A stretch of 64,000 nucleotides of DNA. Source: an uncultured Haemophilus sp. (GTDB taxonomy: Bacteria > Pseudomonadota > Gammaproteobacteria > Enterobacterales > Pasteurellaceae). The notes beneath the pieces are model-generated. The model was given only the letters and a program-made list of their open reading frames with translations, did not search any database and was not told where the DNA came from. The DNA is taken from the NCBI RefSeq assembly GCF_905205995.1, contig NZ_CAJLFU010000001.1. The stretch is one strand, 5' to 3'. Below, piece after piece: positions 1-10,838 of the stretch (the first letter of the stretch is position 1; each line of letters opens with the position of its first letter). The translations under genes were made by a program, and so were the position numbers.

Positions 1-153
1 GGTCTTTCACAGCATCCAAACTGGAAAGACAATGATGTGCTTGTGCAAATTATCCGTCAAGCCAATGCTTGTGGCGCCCTTGCCACGACAGCAAAAGGGG
101 CAATGTCTGCGCTACCAAATAAAGCACAATTAGCCGCATTCCTAGCCAGCTAA
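1..153 (+). CDS. fructokinase (PfkB family), C-terminal fragment; CDS enters from the left edge
   Basis: Frame 1 translates to ...IRQANACGALATTAKGAMSALPNKAQLAAFLAS*, the conserved C-terminus of PfkB-family sugar kinases. It lies directly upstream of the sucrose hydrolase. Confidence 0.5.
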   Translation, partial: GLSQHPNWKDNDVLVQIIRQANACGALATTAKGAMSALPNKAQLAAFLAS

Positions 154-217
154 GGATCAAAGGTGCAAATTATTGCACCTTTTACTTACCCGATCACATT
201 AACGAGGCACGATCACG

Positions 218-1672
218 ATGATTATTTTCAATAATGGCAAATACAAAAGCATTCTAGCCACAGAAAAAGGCGAACTCGCAGAAATTGCTGAAACCGTGCA
301 AAAAGACAAAGATTTTCGACCGCACTTTCATATTGCCCCACCAACCGGCTTAATGAATGATCCAAATGGTTTGATCTTTGATGGTGAAAAGTATCATCTG
401 TTCTACCAATGGTTTCCATTCGATGCCATTCACGGGATGAAACATTGGAAGCATTTAATCACGAAAGATTTTCAACATTATCAATCAGCAGATGATCTGA
501 TTCCTTGCGAGCTTTTTGAGTCTCACGGCTGTTATTCTGGTGGCGCTTTAAAAGTTGGTGACAAATTGGCCATGTTCTATACCGGCAATACTCGTCGACC
601 AAGTGATAATCAACGCGTGCCTTATCAAAATTTAGCAATTTTCGATCTTAATGGGAAATTGCTTAGCAAACGTCCGTTAATTGAAAATGCACCTGAAGGT
701 TATACAGAGCATGTTCGTGATCCTAAACCGTATTTGACTGAAGACGGAAAAATCCGTTTTATCTGTGGCGCACAGCGAGAAAACCTCACAGGAACAGCCA
801 TTATTTTTGAAATGGACAATCTTGAAGATACGCCTCGTTTATTAGGCGAGCTTTCCTTGCCTGCTTTTGACAATAAAAACGTGTTTATGTGGGAATGCCC
901 TGACCTATTGAAACTCGGTGATAAAGATGTCTTTATTTGGTCGCCACAAGGTAAAGATCGGGAAGCGCATCAATTCCAAAATAATTATCATGCGACTTAT
1001 GCTGTGGGCAAATTAACAGATTTAACCTTTGAAGCAGAATATATTAGCGAATTAGATCAGGGCTTTGATTTCTACGCACCACAAACGTTTGGCGGCCTAG
1101 ATAATCAAACTCATGCGGTGCTTTTCGGTTGGATTGGTTTACCAGATTTAACCTATCCAACAGATAAATTTAAATGGCATTCTGCTTTAACCTTGCCAAG
1201 AGAATTGCGCTTAGAAGGCACAAGAATTTATCAACGTCCGATTGCTAAAATAGACGAAAATCTGACCGCACTTTATCCGTATCATCTTAATGGACAAGCC
1301 GAGATTAAAAATTTAGATTGCGCTTATATCAAATTTGAGGCAAATAACCAAGCCTTTGACTTAACCTTCTTCCAAAATGACAAAGGACAATCACTGCGTC
1401 TATCTTATAAAAATGGCTTGATCTGCTTAGATCGCAGTCAAAGCGAACAAACGGAATTAATGGAGAAATTCGATACTAAACGTTTCTGCGAAATTGAAAA
1501 TCTGCAGACTGTTGAAATTTTCTTTGATCGCTCAATTATTGAAATTTTCTTTAATCATGGTGAAAAAGCCATGACATCAAGATTTTTCATTGAGAACAGA
1601 AAAAATACAATAACCAGCAATCGCCCGTTAGATTTAACGATCGGTTATTTACCGACTATTCAATATATTTAA
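218..1672 (+). CDS. scrB: sucrose-6-phosphate hydrolase / beta-fructofuranosidase (GH32)
   Basis: Contains GH32 motifs: MNDPNGL (catalytic Asp box), FYQWFP and WECPD. Confidence 0.85.
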   Translation: MIIFNNGKYKSILATEKGELAEIAETVQKDKDFRPHFHIAPPTGLMNDPNGLIFDGEKYHLFYQWFPFDAIHGMKHWKHLITKDFQHYQSADDLIPCELFESHGCYSGGALKVGDKLAMFYTGNTRRPSDNQRVPYQNLAIFDLNGKLLSKRPLIENAPEGYTEHVRDPKPYLTEDGKIRFICGAQRENLTGTAIIFEMDNLEDTPRLLGELSLPAFDNKNVFMWECPDLLKLGDKDVFIWSPQGKDREAHQFQNNYHATYAVGKLTDLTFEAEYISELDQGFDFYAPQTFGGLDNQTHAVLFGWIGLPDLTYPTDKFKWHSALTLPRELRLEGTRIYQRPIAKIDENLTALYPYHLNGQAEIKNLDCAYIKFEANNQAFDLTFFQNDKGQSLRLSYKNGLICLDRSQSEQTELMEKFDTKRFCEIENLQTVEIFFDRSIIEIFFNHGEKAMTSRFFIENRKNTITSNRPLDLTIGYLPTIQYI

Positions 1673-1699
1673 AAGGTTTTTATGCAAAAAACTCATTTC

Positions 1700-1737
1700 A
1701 ATCTGAAAGATTTTCAGACGGCCTGTTTTTTATTTTG
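1700..1737 (+). terminator. possible intrinsic terminator after scrB (approximate)
   Basis: Hairpin tctgaaa-gat-tttcaga followed by a T-rich tract (cctgttttttatttt). The T-run does not abut the stem directly. Confidence 0.3.
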
Positions 1738-2012
1738 AGAATAATTGTATAGTGTATTTTTAACTTACTGTTTTTATTGTTTTAAATTACAGTTCGTGGA
1801 CTTGCATATATCATTTCGTATTAAAGGATGTTTGAAAAAATAGGTAGGATTAAAATCATCTATTTCTATGAAAATTATAGAAGCATAATAAAAGAACAGT
1901 TATTTTTTAAATTTTATCTTTAAAATCTAATTGATAGTTATTTATTCGTACTAAGTTTTCAAAATGGTGCTAGAATAATGGGCTAAGCCATTACAAATTT
2001 AAGGAGTTTCAA

Positions 2013-2414
2013 ATGAAAAAAGCATTATTTCTTTCTGTTTGCCTATTAGGGGCAGGTTCATGTTTTGCACAGGAAAATATAGAGCATAAAAAAGAAGTCT
2101 GTCCTAAAAGTGCATTAGAAAATATTGAAAATGTTAGTTATGATTGCTTGGATGTTTGGGATAGCCGTTTAGAAAAAAAAATTGATGAAAAATATAAGAT
2201 GATATACCGACGAGTAAAACAAAAAGATATGGCTATACATGCTTTGCCTTCCTCTTATTTTATTAAAGTACGTAAAACTTGGAATGCATATAGAGAACAA
2301 CTTTGTTCTGATCCTACAAATAATACAGATCTAAAATCTGCATCTGATTGGTATATTCTTCAATGCCGAATTGAGCAATCGCAAGCTCATTTGAAAGCAT
2401 TGGAGCGCTTCTAA
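2013..2414 (+). CDS. DUF1311 / LprI-like periplasmic protein (lysozyme-inhibitor family)
   Basis: Signal peptide MKKALFLSVCLLGAGSCFAQ. The C-terminal motif W-NAYREQLCSDP resembles the DUF1311 'AWxxYRDxxC' signature. Confidence 0.45.
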   Translation: MKKALFLSVCLLGAGSCFAQENIEHKKEVCPKSALENIENVSYDCLDVWDSRLEKKIDEKYKMIYRRVKQKDMAIHALPSSYFIKVRKTWNAYREQLCSDPTNNTDLKSASDWYILQCRIEQSQAHLKALERF

Positions 2415-2438
2415 TTTGTTTTAAGAAAGGAATAAAGT

Positions 2439-3269
2439 ATGGCAAAGAAAGCGAATCATGGCCTTCGTTTTACCGGTGGCGATCATTTAACCCCTAAAGA
2501 TGGTTTTAAATATTATCTACATCAAGCTATGATGGTAAATGAATTGCATGGGGGGTATGGTGCATATGAAATGTCTGATGCTGTATATGGTTCTAGTGGT
2601 CCAAGCTTTGGTGGAAATCAATTTGATGTGGGATCTAATAAAGATGGCCAAAAGTTATTAGAAAAAATACTTCATCACAAGATGAGCAAAAATGTCCTTT
2701 TTGCTTTAACAGCTTTTTCATTAGTCGCCTGTACGACAACACCAAGTGAACCGCCAAAAAATACAGAACATTGGGCAACGCTAATCAGCAAACAGGAAAA
2801 TTTATATCAGGTGGATAATAAATTTTACCGTAGTGAGCAATTAGAGCCGCAATCAGAAACGTTATTAAATAAGTTGAACATTCACACAATTGTGAATTTA
2901 CGCTTTTTTGATCGTAATGATGATAAACAAGCATTTGGTCATACTAAGATCAATTTGATTAATACCCCATTACTAACTTGGTCAATCAGTCCAGATGAAG
3001 TAGCTGATATTCTGTGGCAAATCAAGCAACACCAAAAAAATGGTGCGGTTTTAGTGCATTGTTATCATGGCGCTGACAGAACTGGCCTCATTGTTGCAAG
3101 TTACCGTGTGATTTATCAAAATTGGGATCTCAATGAAGCCAAACGTGAAATGCAACAAGGCCCTTACGGCTATCATTCTGTTTGGAAAAATATTGATAAT
3201 TTCTTCACGCAAGAAAATATGGCTAAGATCAAAGCCGAATTAAATAAACGTTCTAACAAGACAAAATAG
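2439..3269 (+). CDS. Cys-based protein tyrosine/dual-specificity phosphatase lipoprotein with in-frame 81-aa N-terminal extension
   Basis: CX5R P-loop HCYHGADRTG. An internal lipoprotein signal MSKNVLFALTAFSLVAC sits at aa 82-98. A strong RBS (aaggaataaagtATG) serves the 2439 start; no obvious RBS precedes the internal Met. Confidence 0.7.
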   Translation: MAKKANHGLRFTGGDHLTPKDGFKYYLHQAMMVNELHGGYGAYEMSDAVYGSSGPSFGGNQFDVGSNKDGQKLLEKILHHKMSKNVLFALTAFSLVACTTTPSEPPKNTEHWATLISKQENLYQVDNKFYRSEQLEPQSETLLNKLNIHTIVNLRFFDRNDDKQAFGHTKINLINTPLLTWSISPDEVADILWQIKQHQKNGAVLVHCYHGADRTGLIVASYRVIYQNWDLNEAKREMQQGPYGYHSVWKNIDNFFTQENMAKIKAELNKRSNKTK

Positions 3270-3278
3270 AACATGAAT

Positions 3279-3312
3279 AAAAGTGCGGTTAAAATTAACC
3301 GCACTTTTATTT
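3279..3312 (+). terminator. USS inverted-repeat terminator (aagtgcggttaaaattaaccgcactttt)
   Basis: Perfect Hin-USS inverted pair followed by a T-run. Confidence 0.6.
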
Positions 3313-3338
3313 CCCACTACGTTACTTAATTAACATTA

Positions 3339-4517
3339 ATGACTATGTTTGTTCAACAACAAAACGCAACGCCATCCAATATTGTGGCGTTCAATTTTCT
3401 ATTGATTGCCTTTTTAACGGGAATTGCCTCTGCGTTTCAAACACCGACCTTGAGTTTATATCTCTCTCAAGAGATTCAAGTTTCACCTTTTTTTGTGGGC
3501 TTGTTCTATTCAGTCAATGCCATTATAGGCATTATCTTAAGCCAAATTCTGGCAAAATATTCTGATAAGCAAGATGACCGTCGCAAAGTGATGATTGTTT
3601 GCTGTTTGATTGCCGTACTTGGTTGTCTGATTTTTGCTTATAGCCGAAATTATTATGTGTTGATTATTATCGGTACCACGCTGTTAGGACTAGGATCATC
3701 CGCTAATCCGCAATCTTTTGCTTTAGCACGAGAATATGCTGAAAGCAGCCATCGTGAAGCAGTGATGTTCACCACAATTATGCGAACTCAAATCTCATTG
3801 GCTTGGATTGTTGGGCCACCACTTTCTTTTTTCATTGCGTTAAACTGGGGCTTTGATTACATGTATTTGGTGGCAGGGTCAGCCTTTTTACTTTGTGCAG
3901 GCGTCAGCAAATTATTGCCGAAAATTCCTCGTCAAAGTGCGGTTAAAAATCAAGAGATTTTAGACAATACGCCACCAAGAAAAAGTGTGATTTACTTGTT
4001 CATCGCTAATCTATTGCTTTGGACCTGTAACAGCATGTATCTCATTAATATGCCATTATTTGTGATTAATGAATTACATTTAAACAAAGAACTGGCGGGA
4101 ACATTAATGGGGACGGCTGCGGGATTGGAAATCCCTGTGATGATATTGGCGGGCTATCTCACCAAATATTTCAGTAAAAAGCGCTTGATGATGATTGCTT
4201 TAGTTTCAGGTCTCGCCTTCTATTCAAGTTTGTTATTCGCTGAACAAACTTGGCAGCTTATCGGATTACAAATGCTTAATGCGATTTTTATCGGTATTAC
4301 CGCGACCATTGGGATGGTGTATTTCCAAGACTTAATGCCGACTAAAATGGGCACTGCCACCACCTTATTTAGTAATGCAGCAAAAAGTAGTTGGATTATC
4401 GGAGGACCTATTGCGGGTATTATTGCGGAAATTTGGCATTACAACTCTGTTTTTTATGTCGCTGTGGCATTAATTTTTATCAGCGTAGGCTGTATGTGGA
4501 AAGTCAAATCAGTTTAA
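3339..4517 (+). CDS. MFS sugar efflux transporter, SetA/SetB family
   Basis: N-terminal region ...FQTPTLSLYLSQEIQVSPFFVGLFYSVNAIIGI...SDKQDDRRKVM parallels the E. coli SetA/SetB N-terminus. About 12 TM segments predicted. Confidence 0.7.
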   Translation: MTMFVQQQNATPSNIVAFNFLLIAFLTGIASAFQTPTLSLYLSQEIQVSPFFVGLFYSVNAIIGIILSQILAKYSDKQDDRRKVMIVCCLIAVLGCLIFAYSRNYYVLIIIGTTLLGLGSSANPQSFALAREYAESSHREAVMFTTIMRTQISLAWIVGPPLSFFIALNWGFDYMYLVAGSAFLLCAGVSKLLPKIPRQSAVKNQEILDNTPPRKSVIYLFIANLLLWTCNSMYLINMPLFVINELHLNKELAGTLMGTAAGLEIPVMILAGYLTKYFSKKRLMMIALVSGLAFYSSLLFAEQTWQLIGLQMLNAIFIGITATIGMVYFQDLMPTKMGTATTLFSNAAKSSWIIGGPIAGIIAEIWHYNSVFYVAVALIFISVGCMWKVKSV

Positions 4518-4526
4518 TGAAAATAA

Positions 4527-4557
4527 AAAAGTGCGGTCAATTTTAACCGCACTTTTT
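4527..4557. terminator. bidirectional USS-pair terminator (aagtgcggtcaattttaaccgcactt)
   Basis: Lies between the convergent setA-like and pgi genes, with T-runs on both sides. Confidence 0.6.
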
Positions 4558-4565
4558 ACTTTATA

Positions 4566-6227
<1,662 letters not shown>

Positions 6228-6271
6228 TTAAAAATTGAATTCTTTACATTTTTGCTTTCTTGCAAAAACAA

Positions 6272-7354
6272 TTAATCGACATATTCTGTTATAACACGAG
6301 GGGTCAATTTTGTAATCAATTCATAGCTTAAAATACCACTGTATTTAGCTACTGTTTCAATTGGTAATTCCTTACCCCATAAAATCACTTCATCGCCCAC
6401 TTTATCTTGGCTATCTGGACCTAAATCCACCGTCAGCATATCCATTGAGACACGACCAACAATAGGAACAATACGACCATTTAGATAAACTGGCGTACCT
6501 TCTGGCACATCACGTGGATATCCATCACCATAACCAATGGCAACCACGCCAATTTTAGTATCTTTCGGACTCGTCCAAATACCGCCATAGCCAACAGGCT
6601 CCCCTTTTTTATGCTCACGTACAGAAAGCAAAGATGACGTTAAATTCATCACAGGAGTTAAACCAAATTCAGCACCTACAGTATCTGTTGGTGAAATGCC
6701 GTACATAATAATCCCTGGGCGAATACAATCTAAATGTGCTTCTGGCCAGAATAGAATCCCACCTGATGCGGCAATGGTTCGCTCTCCCTCTTTATTTTTT
6801 GTGGCTTGAAGGAAACGATCGAGCTGAACTTGAGTGTAATCAGAATCTAATTCATCAGCACGACTAAAATGACTCACAAAACCTAAGTGCGGTTGAATTT
6901 GAGGGAGTTTTTTCAGCTCTTGATAAAAATAATCCACTTCATCAAGTGACACACCCAAACGGTGCATACCCGTATCAATTTTTAACCAAACTTTAATTGG
7001 ACTTGGTACTACGGCTCGTTTTAATGCTTCAAGCTGTTCGCGGTTATGTACCACCGTCTCAATATTATTTACTGCAATAATAGGCAGATCTTTTTCATCA
7101 AAAAAGCCTTCTAGCAATAAGATCGGTTTGATAATACCGTTAGAGCGTAAAGATAACGCCTCTTCTAAGCGTGCCACAGCAAAGCAATCCACCATGCTTT
7201 CTAAAGCAGATGAGACAAATACCACACCGTGACCATACGCATTTGCTTTCACGACAGCAATAATCTTGCTGTGAGGTGCTTTTTTTTTAATAACTTGTAA
7301 ATTATGTTTTAAGGCAAGCGAACTGATTTTCGCTGTTGCCGGTTTTACGTTCAT
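6272..7354 (-). CDS. alr: alanine racemase
   Basis: PLP-lysine motif VVKANAYGHG. The dnaB-alr order matches E. coli and H. influenzae. Confidence 0.9.
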   Translation of the reverse strand: MNVKPATAKISSLALKHNLQVIKKKAPHSKIIAVVKANAYGHGVVFVSSALESMVDCFAVARLEEALSLRSNGIIKPILLLEGFFDEKDLPIIAVNNIETVVHNREQLEALKRAVVPSPIKVWLKIDTGMHRLGVSLDEVDYFYQELKKLPQIQPHLGFVSHFSRADELDSDYTQVQLDRFLQATKNKEGERTIAASGGILFWPEAHLDCIRPGIIMYGISPTDTVGAEFGLTPVMNLTSSLLSVREHKKGEPVGYGGIWTSPKDTKIGVVAIGYGDGYPRDVPEGTPVYLNGRIVPIVGRVSMDMLTVDLGPDSQDKVGDEVILWGKELPIETVAKYSGILSYELITKLTPRVITEYVD

Positions 7355-7377
7355 TTTTCTAATCCGTTATCTCTTGC

Positions 7378-8784
7378 CTAATAATCATCTCTGTATTCAC
7401 GCTGCTCGGCAAGATTATCAAAGCGTGAGAATTGACCGTTAAATGCTAAACGTACACGACCAATCGGACCGTTACGTTGTTTACCAATAATGATTTCAGC
7501 AACCCCTTTATCTTCGGAATTATCGTTATACACTTCGTCACGATAAATAAACATAATCAAGTCAGCATCCTGTTCAATGGAGCCTGATTCACGTAAGTCT
7601 GAGTTTACTGGACGTTTATCCGCACGTTGTTCCAAAGTACGGTTGAGCTGGGAAAGCGCAATGACCGGGACTTCTAATTCTTTCGCTAATGCTTTTAACG
7701 AGCGGGAAATCTCAGCGATTTCTAAGGTACGGTTATCTGAAAATGCAGGTGCGCGCATTAATTGAAGGTAATCCACCATAATCATGCTCAAGCCCCCATT
7801 TTCGCGATACACACGACGTGCGCGCGAACGCAATTCTGTTGGGGTTAAGCCAGATGAATCATCAATATAAAGATTGTTTTTTTGCTTAAACATCCCAAAC
7901 ACGCTGGCAATTTTGCTCCATTCCGTTTCATCCAAATTTTGACCAGTACGAATTTTGGTTTGGTCCACGCGAGCAAGAGAGGCAATCATACGCATCATGA
8001 TTTGTTCAGCAGGCATCTCCAAACTGAATACCAACACAGGCTTATCACTTGCCATGGCAGCATTTTCACAAAGGTTCATCGCAAACGTGGTTTTACCCAT
8101 AGAAGGACGTGCAGCGACAATGATGAGGTCTGAAGGCTGTAAACCTGCTGTTTTCTTATCTAAGTCAACAAAGCCCGTTGTGACCCCTGTCACACCGCTA
8201 TGATTTTCAAGCTTACTTAAGGTATCAATTCGAGCAATAGTACTTTCCAACACGCTGATCACATTTTGTGGTCCTTCAGTTGAAGAACTGCGTTTTTCAG
8301 CAATAGCAAATACTTCTCTTTCAGCTTCATCCAATACCATTTTGATGTCTTTGCCTTTCGGAGAATAGCTGTTTTCTGCGATACGATTTCCCACAGCAAT
8401 AAGCTCACGCAAAATCGCTTTTTCACGTACGATTTCAGCATAAGCCAAAATATTAATGGCATTTGGCGTGTTATTAGAAAGATCAGCGAGATAAGCAAAA
8501 CCGCCTACGGAATCACTAATACCTTTCGCTTTAAGGGCTTGATCAAGGGTGATTAAATCGATCGGTGTTTGGTTACGCATTAATTCTTCCATAGTTTGGA
8601 AGATTGCTTTATGCGCAAAAGTATAAAAATCCTCAGCGATCACTCTTTCTGCAATACCATCCCAATGTTGATTACTCAACATGATGCCGCCAAGTACGGC
8701 TTGTTCAGCTTCAGTGGAATGAGGCGGGATGCTAACTTGTTCAGTTTTCTGATCAGGTGATTGGATTTGTCGTTGTGATGCCAT
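7378..8784 (-). CDS. dnaB: replicative DNA helicase
   Basis: Walker A GKTTFAMNL and a RecA-like C-terminal domain; 468 aa. Confidence 0.95.
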   Translation of the reverse strand: MASQRQIQSPDQKTEQVSIPPHSTEAEQAVLGGIMLSNQHWDGIAERVIAEDFYTFAHKAIFQTMEELMRNQTPIDLITLDQALKAKGISDSVGGFAYLADLSNNTPNAINILAYAEIVREKAILRELIAVGNRIAENSYSPKGKDIKMVLDEAEREVFAIAEKRSSSTEGPQNVISVLESTIARIDTLSKLENHSGVTGVTTGFVDLDKKTAGLQPSDLIIVAARPSMGKTTFAMNLCENAAMASDKPVLVFSLEMPAEQIMMRMIASLARVDQTKIRTGQNLDETEWSKIASVFGMFKQKNNLYIDDSSGLTPTELRSRARRVYRENGGLSMIMVDYLQLMRAPAFSDNRTLEIAEISRSLKALAKELEVPVIALSQLNRTLEQRADKRPVNSDLRESGSIEQDADLIMFIYRDEVYNDNSEDKGVAEIIIGKQRNGPIGRVRLAFNGQFSRFDNLAEQREYRDDY

Positions 8785-8888
8785 AAGGATTTCAATTTAA
8801 ACTAAAAAACTGTGCTTATGATACCGCAAATACGAGGTGGTTTTAAGAAAAAAGTGCGGTTAATATTTTCAATATTTTAGAAATAAAA

Positions 8889-8916
8889 AACGGTGGAAAA
8901 ATCCACCGCTCTTTTT
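8889..8916 (-). terminator. intrinsic terminator downstream of pykA
   Basis: Hairpin cggtgg-aaaaa-tccaccg flanked by A/T runs. A single USS lies nearby at about 8852. Confidence 0.5.
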
Positions 8917-8930
8917 ATAAGAAATATTGA

Positions 8931-10367
8931 TTACTCAACGATTAAGGTACGGCAAACATTAGTTGTGCCTGCTGATTCATCACCTTGAGTTAATAATACA
9001 ATATCACCAGAAACCAAATAACCTTTTTCTTTTAATAGGTTAATCGCTGCTTTCGCACCTGCAGAAGTACGAGATTCACCATCAAAATGAACTGGTGTCA
9101 CACCACGGTATAATGCGCAACGGTTTAATGTTTCTTGAACACGAGAAAGTGCAAAGATTGGTAAACCTGAACTGATACGTGACATTAATAATGGTGTACG
9201 ACCAGAGTGGCTTAATGTAATAATTGCTGCAATACCGCTTAAGTGGTTTGCTGCGTACATTGCAGACATCGCTACAGATTCTTCAATATCTCTGAATTCA
9301 CGATCTAAACGGTGTTTAGAAATATTGATGCTTGGCATTTTTTCTGCACCTAAACATACGCGAGCCATTGTCGCCACAGTTTCAGCTGGATATTGACCTG
9401 CTGCAGTTTCAGCAGAAAGCATTACCGCGTCAGTACCATCTAATACCGCATTTGCCACGTCCATCACTTCTGCACGAGTTGGCATTGGGTTGCTGATCAT
9501 TGACTCCATCATTTGAGTTGCAGTAATAACCGCACGGTTTAATTGACGTGAACGACGAATTAATTTTTTCTGTACGCCAACTAATTCTGGGTCACCGATT
9601 TCAACACCTAAGTCACCACGAGCCACCATGATTACATCAGAAGCAAGAATAATATCATCCATTGCTGCTTCATCAACAACGGTTTCAGCACGCTCAACTT
9701 TAGCAACGATTTTCGCGTCTAAACCTGCTTGTTTTGCTAATTCACGCGCATAGTTTAAATCTGCACTTGAACGAGGGAAAGATACAGCTAAGTAATCTAC
9801 ACCGATACGTGCAGCTGTGATGATATCTGCTTTATCTTTTTCAGTTAATGCATCTGCAGATAAACCACCACCTAATTTATTGATCCCTTTATTGTTTGAT
9901 AATGGACCACCAACTGTCACTTCAGTAAATACTTTTGCACCGTCAGTAGAAAGGACTTTTAATTGAACACGGCCATCATCTAATAAAAGAATATCGCCAG
10001 GAACAACATCTTGTGGAAGTGTTTTATAGTCTAAACCAACGGCTTCTTGATTGCCTTCACCTTTTGGTAATTCCGCATCAAGAATAAATTTATCACCAAC
10101 ATTTAAGAAAATTTTGCCGTCTTTAAAAGTAGAAACACGAATTTTAGGGCCTTGTAAGTCACCTAAAATTGCCACGGTTTTACCTAATTTCTTCGCGATC
10201 GCACGAACACGCTCAGCACGCTCAATATGATCATCTGGTGTACCGTGAGAAAAGTTCATACGCACAACATTAGCGCCTGCTGCGATAATTTTTTCAAGAT
10301 TGTTATCGCGGTCTGTTGCAGGACCCATTGTACATACAATCTTCGTTCTTCTTAATTTTCTAGACAT
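8931..10367 (-). CDS. pykA: pyruvate kinase II
   Basis: N-terminus [19 protein letters not shown]; 478 aa. Confidence 0.9.
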   Translation of the reverse strand: MSRKLRRTKIVCTMGPATDRDNNLEKIIAAGANVVRMNFSHGTPDDHIERAERVRAIAKKLGKTVAILGDLQGPKIRVSTFKDGKIFLNVGDKFILDAELPKGEGNQEAVGLDYKTLPQDVVPGDILLLDDGRVQLKVLSTDGAKVFTEVTVGGPLSNNKGINKLGGGLSADALTEKDKADIITAARIGVDYLAVSFPRSSADLNYARELAKQAGLDAKIVAKVERAETVVDEAAMDDIILASDVIMVARGDLGVEIGDPELVGVQKKLIRRSRQLNRAVITATQMMESMISNPMPTRAEVMDVANAVLDGTDAVMLSAETAAGQYPAETVATMARVCLGAEKMPSINISKHRLDREFRDIEESVAMSAMYAANHLSGIAAIITLSHSGRTPLLMSRISSGLPIFALSRVQETLNRCALYRGVTPVHFDGESRTSAGAKAAINLLKEKGYLVSGDIVLLTQGDESAGTTNVCRTLIVE

Positions 10368-10593
10368 TATCTAAACTCCACAAATAGTTACAATTTAAAA
10401 AAGCTTTTTTAATTTCGGCTCATCCGAGATAAAAACCGTCGCGCATTATACGCTTAAACCACCGCAAAATCAAAACAAGCACTGAGAGTTTTTGCAACAA
10501 ATTTTGGTTATTTTTTTAGCAGCTAAATTTAACTTAAAACAAATCCCCTTGTTTTCATCCTTAAAACTGTTTATCATCTGCCACATCTTTTAC

Positions 10594-10670
10594 GCGACTA
10601 TAGCTCAGTTGGTTAGAGCACCACCTTGACATGGTGGGGGTCACTGGTTCGAGTCCAGCTAGTCGCACCA
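10594..10670 (+). tRNA. tRNA-Val (anticodon GAC)
   Basis: Acceptor stem gcgacta/tagtcgc; D-arm agctcagttggttagagc; anticodon stem ccacc/ggtgg with loop ttGACat; T-arm ggttcgagtcc; encoded CCA 3' end. Confidence 0.9.
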
Positions 10671-10675
10671 TATTG

Positions 10676-10707
10676 CAATCCCAAGCTTTTTAGCTTGGGA
10701 TTTTTTC
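10676..10707 (+). terminator. intrinsic terminator after tRNA-Val
   Basis: Hairpin aatcccaagc-ttttt-agcttgggatt followed by a T-run (ttttttc). Confidence 0.7.
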
Positions 10708-10760
10708 TTTTTATCGCCTACTTAATTTGAATGAATATTTTCTGAATAAATCGCATAAGC

Positions 10761-10780
10761 AAATGAAAATAATTTGCATT
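10761..10780 (+). promoter_or_regulatory. candidate Fur box upstream of the TonB-dependent receptor
   Basis: aaatgaaaataatttgcatt matches roughly 12 of 16 positions of the Fur consensus gataatgataatcattatc. It lies 60 bp upstream of the receptor start. Weak call. Confidence 0.25.
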
Positions 10781-10838
10781 GATCGACGTAAACGTTTTCG
10801 TTATACTTCCCACTCTTTTTATCTAACGGGAAGCTAAT

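Noticed and set aside
7577-8498. Small ORFs inside dnaB on either strand: 7577-7765, 7882-8133, 7955-8203 and 8259-8498
   Set aside because: Fully contained in the dnaB coding sequence; shadow frames.
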